Shown here piece by piece: positions 1 to 11,253 of a stretch of 64,000 nt of DNA (its first letter is position 1; each line of letters begins with the position of its first letter). Source of the DNA: Gnetum montanum (taxonomy: Eukaryota; Plantae; Gnetophyta); NCBI GenBank assembly GCA_015680685.1, contig MNCI01000736.1:124001-188000 (forward strand). Direction: 5' to 3'. The notes beneath the pieces are model-generated. The model saw only the letters and a list, made by a program, of their open reading frames with translations. It was not told the DNA's origin and searched no databases. The position numbers and the translations under genes were made by a program.

Positions 1-2670
1 ACTAGGAATATATTTGATTTCAAAATCATATTCAGCTAATAATTGTATCCATCACCTTTGATAGGTATTCAAAATAGGCTTTCTTTGTAAATATTCTAAA
101 CTTTTATGATCTATTTTTAGTACAAAACTTTTTTTGTAAACATAATGTCTTCAAACTTTTAGAGCATGAACAATTTCTAGTAATTCTAAATCATGGGTTG
201 AGTAATTTACCTTGGCTCCTCATAATTTATGAGATTCATAACATACCACTTTATCTTCTTGTGAAAGAACTACACCAATTCCTATTCCATAGGCATCCAT
301 TGATATTTCAAATTATAATTCTTTATCTAGAATTCTCAAAATAGGTGCTATTGTAAGTAGCATCCTTAATCTAAGAAAAGATTCCTTGCATTTTTTCATT
401 AAATTTGAACATACTTTTCTCCTACAAAGGTCAGTCAATGGGGCTAGCAATGTAGAATAATCTTTAATGAAATTTCACTAAAAACTAGCTAAACCTAAGA
501 AACTACAAACTACTATAACATCTTTTAATTTAGGCCAATCTTGGATCACACTAATTTTTGCTGGATCTACTTACAATCCTTTCTTGGAAGGTATATGTTC
601 TAAGTATGAAACTTCTTCCTTAAAGAATTCACATTTACTCAATTTAGCTTTTAGTTAATTCTCTTTAAGAATTTCCATTGTGGTTTTCAAATGTTTGATA
701 TGTTCTTCTTTGGACTTAGAATAAACAAGTATATCATCCATAATACTTTAACAAATTGATCAAAATATTCATAAAAAATATTATTCATTAATGTCATGAA
801 TGTTTTAGGTGCATTAGTTAATCTAAATGGCATCACAACAAATTCATATAATCCATATCTGGTTCTAAAAGAAATTTTCTCAATATCTTTCTTCTTAATT
901 CTTATTTGGTGATAACCTGATTTTAAATCATCTTTGAGAAATAACATGCACCTGTAAGTTGATCAAATAAATCATTGATTCTAGGTAAAGTATAAGTATT
1001 TTTAATCATCACTTTATTCAATGCTCTATAATCGATGCATGATCTTAGTGTATCATCTTTCTTTTTATGAATAAAACTGGTGCACCCACCCCAAGGTGAT
1101 ACGCTAGGTCTAATTTTTCCTTCTTCCAATAATTGGTCTAATTGTAGCTTTAATTCTCTTAATTNTCCAAAATTGCATCAACATCACCTAGTTCAAATTC
1201 AAAATATTCATCAATGAAAGGCATGTTTTGAAAAGTAAAGTTAATTTCTCCATACCTAGAATTTTTGCTCATAGTTGTTCCATCTGCCAATTCTATCTTA
1301 ATAATTTTCTTGAAAGGTAAACTTGATTTCAATAAATTAATTAACTTTGGGAAAATAAAGTTATCACTGGTACCACTATTAATTAAAAATTTAATATGTT
1401 TATCTTTAATTGAACCTTCAAAAATTAGTAAAGCAAATTGAAATTTATGCAAACCTGATTTAGTCGATGTAGATATCTTCTTCACTGCTATGGTAGTGGT
1501 TGGATTTTCTCCTTTGTTCATGTGTGGGTTGGGTTTTTGATTTCTGATTTGGTTGGTCCTTTCAAAATTTTGTGTAATCTCATTTGAAATGCTCTTCACA
1601 ACAAATAAAACATCTAGATGCTAATTGAGTTTTTTTTTATTGGTGTCTCTTCTACCATTGCTTGTGGAAAAGTAGTTTGTTGAAGAGTTGTTTGTCATAT
1701 GATAACTCATATCTAATTTAATTCCTCATAATGCTTAGTAATTCTATATGCTTCATCAATGGTTTAAGGATTATGGGCTTATTTTTGGGGACATAATTGA
1801 GCATGTAGTCCTTCAATGAATTTTGAAGCTAATTCTCACTCATCTCAGTGGCTTACATATCGAGAGAGATCACAAAATTCCTTGTAGCAATCATCTATAG
1901 ATCATCTTCCCAACATTAAGGAATCAAATCTTATTTTTTTATTTTTGAGAAAAGAATCAAGAATGAATTTATGTTCAAAATATTGACAAAAATTAAGTCA
2001 ATTTTTAATCAAACCTTGAGATCTTAGTCCATTCCACCATGTTGCCACAAGTCCTCTTAAATACATGGAGATAACTTCTAAATGTTCATGGTTTGACAAA
2101 TTTAACATATCAAAGTAATTTTTTATTGCATCAAGTCAATCCTTGTGTTAGTACTAGATCCAAGGGCTCCATCATAATGTTCTAATTTTACTTGCTTAAT
2201 ATGAAATTTTGTTAATGATTCTCTAGGTGGATTAAGCCACTTCGCATATCCCTCATATTTGGTTTCAATTCTACAACCTACAGGAGGAATTTTGGTATCT
2301 TGTTCACTTCTAGGTAGAGGTTGTTTTTGGTGTGGATCCTTAGAGGGGATTTGATCTTGATCTTGATGTTGTTCCCTAGGTAGAATGTGGGCAGGGTTTG
2401 AAGACTAAATGAGATGGTCAATTAATTGTTTGATGGAGTCTACAAAGGAATCCTTCTTTCCTTGCATGTCTAACCATTTATCTTCTAAACTTTGGAACAA
2501 TTTCCTAATTTTCTTAGACATATTTTACATCTCTATCCCAAACCTTTGGTTTGAGTGACAAAGTTCTTCATGAACACCATTAATCTCATTAATTTGATCT
2601 TTAAGGGCATTCATCTAGTCATTGACTCAAACTTCCATTTCTCTCTAATTTATTCTTTAGGTTCTGGACA
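1..2670 (-). pseudogene. degenerate gag-pol (gag ~2670-1620, aspartic protease ~1450-1160, RT 1130-~480, RNase H ~330-1)
   Basis: Gag LEHYDG...MYLRGLVATWWNGL; protease FLINSGTSDNFI; [44 protein letters not shown]; RNase H MDAYGIGIGVVLSQ...NYSTHDLELL. Many stops and frameshifts. Confidence 0.93.
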
Positions 2671-2987
2671 TCAATAAGTTGAATAAATTAGGTATGTTGA
2701 GAATCCTTAGCCTCTATGGCTCTTTTTATGGGTCTCAAAATCATTAGTTAGTTGTAGAAGAAGTTGAAACTTTCATGGATTTCTTGTCAAGTATTGATCC
2801 AAATTATTTTTGGGACATAAAATAATGAACTAAATAATAATTTTCTATAATTTAAAATCCAAATATGACCATTCCATTGAGTCTAGAAGTTTCAAATCTA
2901 TTAGAATTGATTTTTGTTTGGTTGCAAATGGTCTCTAAATTCAAAATTTATAGCTATTTTAACTTTATGAACTTTCACATTTTCCTA

Positions 2988-3040
2988 GACTTCCTGAGAG
3001 GTCACCCATCCCAGTTCTACTCTAGGATGTGCATGCTTAA
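2988..3040 (-). promoter_or_regulatory. 5S rRNA-derived internal control region (A box-IE-C box) inside element A1
   Basis: Minus strand TTAAGCATGCACATCCTAGAGTAGAACTGGGATGGGTGACCTCTCAGGAAGTC aligns without gaps at 41/53 to the recalled plant 5S segment TTAAGCGTGCTTGGGCGAGAGTAGTACTAGGATGGGTGACCTCCTGGGAAGTC. Confidence 0.8.
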
Positions 3041-3269
3041 TGAAAAAAATTTTATTTCTCTTATTATCATAGCACCAATTTGAATTTTTATAAATAATTG
3101 AGTGTGTTTTCTATTTAAATTGAAATTGATAGGTGCAAATTTTTTTTGAAAAAAAATTTTGTCAATTGATGGGAATTTGAAAATTCCCATAAATTGTCAA
3201 AAAAAATGATTTTTCCATCAACTGATATATGACTCATTCGAGGATCCACATGGTGGTGCTAAAAGCAAT

Positions 3270-3500
3270 GATGAATGGCATTGGAGGTAGTGATTTGCAA
3301 CATAGAAAGCAATAATGAATGGTGTGGAAGGTAGTGATGGACAATGTGAGAGGTAGTGATGGATAGTGTATGAGGTAATGATGGATGGCATGGGAGGCAG
3401 TGATGGATGGCATCGATGGTAGTGATGGATGACATGGTAGGTAGTGATGGGTAATGCGAGAGGTAGTGATAGGAAATGCAAGAGGTAGTGATGAGCGGTA
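3270..3500. repeat. 22-bp tandem array (GAGGTAGTGATGGATGGCATGG, ~10 copies) in the A1 leader
   Basis: Repeated GGTAGTGATGG at 22-bp period; reverse complement of the array at 36850-37110. Confidence 0.9.
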
Positions 3501-4496
3501 GGCAATAAGCATGTGGTAGGCAAGGTGTGGCACAATGTAGTGACATGGTGTTGGTAGGTGCAAGGTGCAAAATGGTGCGGAATGATGATCAACGTAGAGA
3601 AGGTGGTAAGTCATGTAGAGGAAAATGTTTAAGGATGATGCAACATGGTGCATTGTGGGTTTTACTATGGCTACAATGTGGTGGTCAATTTTCTACAGCT
3701 ATGACTAGGCAACGTGATGTAGTGCAATAGTGTGATGGCATGAGTGGCACGGGGGGTGCAGTGGTTAGAGCAACAACAAGAGAAGTGTGGTAGTGCAAGT
3801 GATGGTACAGTCAGCATAGCAAGGCATGCATAGCATAGGTGGCAGTGATGAAGGCATGCAGGCATGATGTGGGTCATAGGGCTACGTTAGGTTGGGCGGC
3901 ATGGTGGTGCAAGCAGTGGATGTGTTAAGATGTCCTTGGGCCTTACCATGACTAGTCTTGTAGGCCCTACCATAGCTGGCTGTGGCCCTACTATGCTAGC
4001 CTCATAGGCCTAGCAATAGCCTTGCCATAGTTGGCCATAGGCCTAGCCATGGTTGCTCGTAGCTAGCTTCAGCTCGAGACCTCCAATTTTTAGGGTTTGG
4101 GTTTAAACCCGAGGCCTTCAATTTGATTTTTTAAAAATTTTAAAAAAAATCATATATATATATTATTAGTATTATTATTATTATTTAAACTACATGTAAC
4201 TCAAGAATGATCGTATCTTTCAAACCATAAGTCAGATTTTAATGAAATTGGTATCATTGAAATCATCTTGGAGAGTACTTCAAGTTAAACTATAGATAAT
4301 TCCACTTTAGTGAACATAAAAATCATAAAATCAAAAAAAGTGAATGTTATCTTTTAAAACAAAAACTAAATGTTAGCTTTTTCTTTAAAAAAAATTATAT
4401 GTTAGCTTTTATTAATTCTTTAGTTATCTTAAGTTATACTTTCTCTTGAATTTTTCTATGATTTCTATGATTGTATTATAAATAAGAGAAGTAGGA

Positions 4497-6536
4497 TGAG
4501 TTACTCATCACAACTTAATACCAACAAAAGATTATCAACAAAGAAGCTTCAAGATTTTCTATTATAAAGAATTCATAGCTTCCAAATATCAAGCTTCACC
4601 TCAGGCTCCTTCAGGTAGCAACTCTTTATTGCCTAATATTATTTTACATTAAAATAATGTCCTCTCTACTTTTGATCAAGTTCATAGCTTGCTTAGAAAG
4701 GATGGTTTTTAGTTCCTTACCAATTTTAAGTTAGCTGATTTACTTATTTTCCCAATTTTAAAACTTTTCCAATGCAAGAGTATTCTTTCAGAGTGGTGTG
4801 AATAGTATGAAAATAAGAAAAATTATACTTTTGAATTGGTTTTTGGAGTAATAACAATCCTTTCTCTTGATATTAAAGTATTCTTAGGTTTTCAACAAGG
4901 AGAAGATCTTTTAATTCCTTCAATTTATTCTCAAAAATTTAAATCTTTTTGTAACAAGGAATTATTTGCCTATGTTGTTGACTTTGCCATTGGCAAAAGC
5001 TAATTTGTTCATAAAGATTTCATTAACGAGGCTCACTTTGACTTATGTCTATTCATTATTAGCAAGGTTCTATGGTATAGACAGTAAGATAATGTTAGTT
5101 CTTATTCTATTTTCATACTTCATGGTGCCATAACTAGTAAAATTTATGATTGGTCATTGTTTTGTTTCTCTACCTGGTATATTGCTATGAATGATATTAT
5201 TGTTACCTAATAAAATCCTTCAATATCCTATACCTTATGTTGTATACCCTTGATCATGTGTATGATCTTAATTTATGATCATCCTAAGAAATGGTTTACT
5301 TGTTACAATCCTTAGTTGTGCCTTGAATTTCTTGAAGATGAGAGGATTATAAGGAGTAAGATTATGGATGCCAAGAAAGGTCAGCTGGCTTTACAGCAAG
5401 CTCGAAGTTAGGAGGAAATCAATGAGATATTTTCATGTTTTTATTATTTCCTTTTTTGTTGATTATGTTTTTATTTTATGTATTTGATAGTGCAATCTAG
5501 GTTGTAGAATGAACCAACGCAGAGTGTTGAAGCTACACAAGGCGAAGAAATTTAAAGTACTTCATCCTTTGGTATGGTTCAATCACAAGAAAAGATCATG
5601 TTTTCTAGTCCCAAGATATATATATTTAAATATAACTTACTTATTTTTATGTATTATCTATATATTTGTTTTTCTAACAAATCTCTGTTTGTAGAGGCAA
5701 TGTACTAGGCAAAGTTTTGGTAGTCCAGTAGTTCTAAGACAACAAACCTAACAACAAGCTCCACAACAATCCCAACAAACTTGGTAGAGTTCAAGACAAG
5801 ATAAGAGAATGTAACTAGAGGTAAGTTTTATTTATTTAAAGGTTTAAATACTTCTCTCTTTTCTTTATATGATGTTGATTTNTTTATTCAATGGGAAAGA
5901 TAGTGGTGGCTGCTAAAGAAGAACGTGTACTTCTTTGGCACATTAACCAATGAATCTCATATAATAAACCCTATTTTGTTCATGAGGGTGTCTACCATCT
6001 ATGAGATTCTTAGTCATGTGACTTCAAGGTAGATTATGATTTAATATACGCTAGATTTTCATCATCTTTTCTTCTAATTCCTAAGTATGCTCCAAATGAT
6101 ATAAAAGATCTAGAGCAACTCTTAGGAGAATTGGAAAGCACAACATGCTATGCTCACCATCTAGCAACTCATGAATGGTTTCTTCAAATTGATAATGATT
6201 GATTTCAAGCAATACTTCTTTTTTTTATTTATATTTGTTTGTTGATTTGCTCATAACTCATGATTTAAATCTTGTTCCCTATAGAGAGAGGAGAATGAAT
6301 GATAAAATGACATGGATGATTGATTAATATAGATGGATATGTTGCAAACCCAACTTGAAAGAAAGGAGGAATCCATAGTTGTAGCAAAACTTTCCATTGA
6401 ATATATCAAACAATTGTGTGATGGACTGGTTAGATGTAAAGTAGTACTTAGTAAGGTAGATGCTATTATTGAAGAAAGAGAGTCCCAATTGAAGATATTC
6501 ATAGATCTTCTTGAGTCTCTTGGTCATAACAAATGA
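4497..6536 (+). pseudogene. antisense accessory gene of A1, Plant Mobile Domain (PMD)-like, probably spliced
   Basis: One frame at ~4570-5426 is broken only by TAA/TAG stops. It contains LSEWCE*YENKKNYTFELVFGVITILSLDIKVFLGFQQG (PMD-type 'ERW..ETHTF....GE.TITL.DV..LLGLP..G'), KIYDWSLFCFSTWY and LIMCMILIYDHP. Downstream are GT..AG introns (5572-5694, 5821-) and a coiled-coil-like last exon (6333-6536). Confidence 0.6.
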
Positions 6537-6753
6537 TCATAGTTGCCTTTCTTACATTTTTCCCTTTCTACTTCTTTTCCCTATTCTTCCTTTTTCTATA
6601 TGCTATGTAAATGTACTTCCTCTCACTTCTCTTTTACTACAAAATAAAATAATATAATATTTTCTTCCATTTTATTATTTTTTAATGTACTTTTGTTCAA
6701 TAATAATAATAAAGTAAAATTTTTCTTCCACTTTGGCTCCTAAATCATGGTTT

Positions 6754-6765
6754 GCTTTAATACCA
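6754..6765 (-). promoter_or_regulatory. primer-binding site, tRNA-iMet (A1)
   Basis: Minus strand TGGTATTAAAGC (canonical TGGTATCAGAGC), 2 nt from the LTR end GTCACA. Confidence 0.85.
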
Positions 6766-6767
6766 AA

Positions 6768-7160
6768 TGTGACATCCCNTAGAAAATAAATAATTGGTAT
6801 TAAAGAATAATAAATTTTATTAATTGAAGAGAGTACTATAACACCCTTTAGGTTGTCTTCCTATGTCACTTAAGCCTTAGAGGTAATCCAACACTACCAC
6901 CATGGTTAGGCTATCCTGCCAAAGGGGTGATTAGTCCCTTTTTGTCCTACTTCACTTAGCTTTTGTTACTTGCCTTTCCTAGCTCTGCAACTCCATGCCT
7001 GGCATGACCTCTAATCTTGACCTTAAATGGCATAGGTCAAACCTTTTTCCAAGGGATATATATATAGTTGTAATCACTCATAATGAGGTGGTCCTTCATT
7101 TGAAGGTTAATTACATTGTTTATAATTATTTCCACCTTTAACAAGGGATGGGACATTATA
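6768..7160 (-). repeat. 5' LTR of A1 (shorter family-A variant; single N at 6779)
   Basis: Termini TGTGACATCCC...GGGACATTATA. The core CACTACCACCATGGTTAGGC..GCCAAAGGGGTGATTAGTCC is shared with the LTRs at 34275, 39774 and 49426. Confidence 0.8.
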
Positions 7161-8891
7161 GTTCTTGAGGGCTATGAGGTGGTCATGCACTTTGATAGAG
7201 CTTTGATTGCCCATGGGGCTAGTTCTTCTACCACCATAACATTTCCATATGGTGAAATCCAACACTTTGATTACTGTTTTAAATTTCCATGTACCAATAA
7301 TCTAGCAAAGTATGAGGGTTTGATTAGAGGAATGATGATAGCATATGATAAAGAAATAAAATTCTTAATGATTAAGGGTGATTCATAACTTGTGGTCAAC
7401 AAAGTAACCAAGGTTTATGCATGCAGAGCTAAACATTTATAACCATACTATGATCTAGGAAAGAAACTACTACAACAATTTATAGACATTAATATCCAAC
7501 ATGTATCCCAAACTGAGAACATGTTAGCCAATGCTATTATAATGCTAGCCCTTAGTGTGATGCTAGATGTGTTTAGAAATTGTTTCACCTTGACTATGGA
7601 CTATGCTCCTTCCAGTATACAAAACACTAAGGAAAACTCCACAGTCGCAATTCATAATACTCCTCCAAATAAGTGGTATGACAATATTACGTTTTACCTT
7701 ATGTATGGTAAACCTTCATAAGGCTTAACTACTACTCAAAAGGACATTGTATGTAAATTATCAAAATAGTATGTCATAGTATGTGATAACACATTATGTC
7801 AACAATCCTACAATGGCATATTGTTAGTATGCTTTGGCAAAGCCAAAGACCGAATGGACCTAGAGCAAGTTCACAAGGGTGTATGTGGGGGACATATAGG
7901 ACATAGAGCCATGGCTACTAAGGTTAGACAGTTAGGCTATTATTGGTCCTATATGAAAATAAATTACCTACAAAAGGTTAAAACTTGTGATACATGCCAA
8001 TGGGATAGCAACCTTATACACATATCACCAAATGAGTTGCATATCACCTAGATTACTTGGTTGTTTCAATGGTAGGGGTTGGATATCATTAGACCTATAA
8101 CACCTAAGTCTTCTATAGGGCATAGCTTTATTATCACTACAACCAAATACTTCACATAGTGGGTTGAAGCTCTTCCTCTAGGAAGAACAACATCTAAACA
8201 ATTCTATAGATTTATACTTGATAACATAGTAGCCCATCTTGGCATACCTATGACCATAGTCACAAATAATGAACTACAATTTAGTAGCCTAGAAACAAAT
8301 AAATTTTTTCATGAACTAGTCATTAAGCATTTCTTCTCATCACCATATTACCCTCAAGCCAATGGACAAGTAGAAGCAAGTAATAAGGCCATTAACAAAT
8401 TGATCAAGAAGATGTTGAAAACAGGAAGCCTAAGTGGCATGAGAGGCTTAACAACATTTTTAACTATAACTAGTGTAACCTAGTATAGCGTAGTTTATGG
8501 TTCTAAATCTATTTTACCTCTTGAGTTGTAGGTACCATTGCTCTGAGTGGTCTTGTCAAACTTCATCAATGATGAACAAAACAAGAAATTATGTATCATG
8601 GACCTAGATTTAGTGGATAAGCAACATGTGTGAACTCTTGCTGATATCAAGTAGTACCAAGAGAGGTAGAAGTGGCAACACCACCATAACCTAAGAAATC
8701 ACAAGATCAAGAAAGGAAACTTGGTCTTCAAGGCTATTTGCAAGCATGCAAATAAATTCTCAGCCAACTGGGAAGGGCCTTTTTTGGTTACCAAAGCCTA
8801 TGGCAATGGAGCATTTAGAATAGGAGACATCTATGGGAATGATTTATCCAATCCAATCAATAATTCCTAACTAAAACCTTACTACATGTAG
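7161..8891 (+). pseudogene. Tat-lineage Ty3/gypsy pol remnant: archaeal-type RNase H plus integrase
   Basis: HFD..., CTNNLAKYEGLI.G, IKGDS*LVV (aRH); HKGVCGGH..GYYW..KTCDTCQ; SSPYYPQANGQVEASNK; NWEGPF; ends LKPYYM*. Confidence 0.9.
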
Positions 8892-9399
8892 CTTGCTAGA
8901 ACCAATAGTTGACATCAACAACCAACAACAAGTGAGATTGTACAACCTTTCTTCCTTATTTGCACAATGGTAAAACTATTAAACTTTGTAACATCTATAA
9001 CCTATGGTAGCCTAGTTTGCTAATCAATTGATGGCCTTATATATTACCATGTAAAAACATTCTTTCTTTGCTTCATTTTCTTGTCCTCTTGGAGTTATGC
9101 TTGCAAATAAAACATGGAAGTCATTGTGAAGGTAAAACTCATCATGGTAGAAAGTCATCATGTGACCTAAAAGTGCAAGATTTGATGAGTTTATCTAGTT
9201 GTTCCAAAAGTGGTTATTCCACTTCACTCTTATTACTTCTCCTTAAGCCTAGCCTCGTAACTTTATTATAACCTTCCTTATCATGGATAGCAATGTTGAC
9301 CAATATTTTACATTCATGTATGATGGCCTTATGACATTCCTTCATCGTGCTCCACCATCAAGTCCATTGAATGTAACATATCTCATTTAGAGGGAAACT

Positions 9400-11253
9400 T
9401 GTATCAAACCCAACTTTGGAAATGCAACCCAATGAATCTTTCACCCAAAAAAAATTGGGAGCAAATTACCTAGAAGTTGGAATGGCTGATGAAGATAAAA
9501 AGCATAAACTAGTAGCTCCAAACATGCAATGGAAGGATTCTAAGGGCTAAAGAAATCATGGAGCAAGATTTTGGATCCTCAAATGCATTTTTTGGGTGAT
9601 TAATATCTCAAAATATGAAGTACTAAATCCATTGATTGACCAACATGTCAATGCCACACTATAGCCATGATGTCAATACTTGGAATGCATTGTTATACCT
9701 TATTACCATTTCCTCATCATAGCTTTATCCCACCATCACAAGCATTCTTTGGCATGATTTGACATGAATTAATTAGATGTGAAGAAGGAAATTTGGTGAT
9801 GGACTTGTATTGGTGTTTTTTATTCTTTGTTTGTGCCTCTTAGGTCAATCCTCTAGACACCAACAAATAGGTGCCAATGAAACACCACAAAAAATGTATG
9901 TTGTAATCTTTGTAACCCTCACCTCATGAAACTTGAGGATAAACTTTCATTATGAATGTGAAGATTATAATCCAAGAGATGAAATGTTTCCTACTTTAGC
10001 TTTTTGGGCTGAAAATTACCTCATAAGTCATCAAAGCCTCAACTCTCAAGTGAAAAGAGCTATATCATGCCTATATTTAGGCTTGGGGGCAAGGTGGGGG
10101 GAGTCGGGGGCCTAGTTTAAAAATTCCTTTTAATCTACTAAAATTGGCATTTTGGAGGATTTTTTGGGAGGTAAAACATGCTACAAAAACCTATTAGAGG
10201 GTGTAACCCACCTACACCCAACGTTGGGGGGTATAACACCTTCACCCCTAGTGTTGCACCTTCCCCTATTGTTGCTCTAGCATGACACCAAGTTCAACAT
10301 TGACCTTGTAGTTTAGCATTGCTATTGGAAGGTCCAACATGGGTGGAAGAAGCCAAAATGGATGAAATTCCCATTTACTATTTTTAGTAAACAAAAAGGT
10401 TTTGATGTCATGGGAATATCAAAACTTATCATACATCATAACTTGATTGGATTTGTACACCTACAACATCTGTATGCTATAGAAATTAGTTAGAAATTAG
10501 GTATAAATTTGTAGGCAAACTCATGTCCTTGAAAACCTATAAAACCTAATATCAAAAATATAGAAAGGTTCCACTCTATTGCATTTTTTTCCATATTTTT
10601 GCATTTCAGAGTTTTTGCAAACCTACAAGAACAAAGCTTCTTGAATCACCCCAATGTAAAACTAGCAGTTGTTACAACCATTGTTACCTCCTTGAAATTG
10701 TGAGTTTTGGTATCAATGTTGAGTACTTTGGGCTTTAAGACTCCTAGCATGGCTCTTGATTACAGCCAAAAATCCCTAGACATCTTATCCCCCTATATTA
10801 ATAGTGTGGTAGGTCTATGGAGGGGAGTCGCAAGGTTCGATATCATTAGGTGTTATGGAACCTCTGGATCATGGAGTTGATTATGACATTCAAAACCACC
10901 AATTTCATTGGAATCTAAACCTCATCAAAGTGAATCCCCCCTACTACATAAGGCATGATCTTGTACATAATTTTGGACTCTTTCTTTATTTTTAGTAGTA
11001 AAGTTTAAAGTTTTGTTTTATTGTGCAAGTTAGATTTATTTCTTTCATTTCTGTGCATTTATTTTCTCATATTTGAATTAATTTTTTATTTTTGTTATCA
11101 CTATTTGACCCTCCTTAGGTCCCTAGGTAATATGCTAGACCATCTAGGGTAGCTCAGATTCTATTATTTGCAAAGGCCCTTGGGATCTAGGATCAAGACT
11201 ATAGTGCCAGAACCTTTGATTTTCTAGCAACTAAAATTTTTTCAGTCACTATA
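9400..11253 (+). repeat. probable 3' LTR of the Tat element
   Basis: Purine tract AGAGGGAAAC (9389-9398) precedes TGTATC; possible end TTCAGTCACTATA. No partner copy in the window, so the boundaries are uncertain. Confidence 0.4.

Larger units (their letters stand above)
1..7160 (-). mobile_element. Ty3/gypsy LTR retrotransposon, chromovirus-like, family A copy A1 (3' part beyond window start)
   Basis: Minus-strand order: 5' LTR (7160-6768), PBS-iMet, long 5' region, gag, protease, RT, RNase H. The LTR/PBS junction matches the family-A LTR at 34261-34290. Confidence 0.85.

Noticed and set aside
3218-3877. His/Pro/Cys-rich ORFs (also 36757-37115)
   Set aside because: By-products of the 22-bp tandem array, which is stop-poor in several frames.
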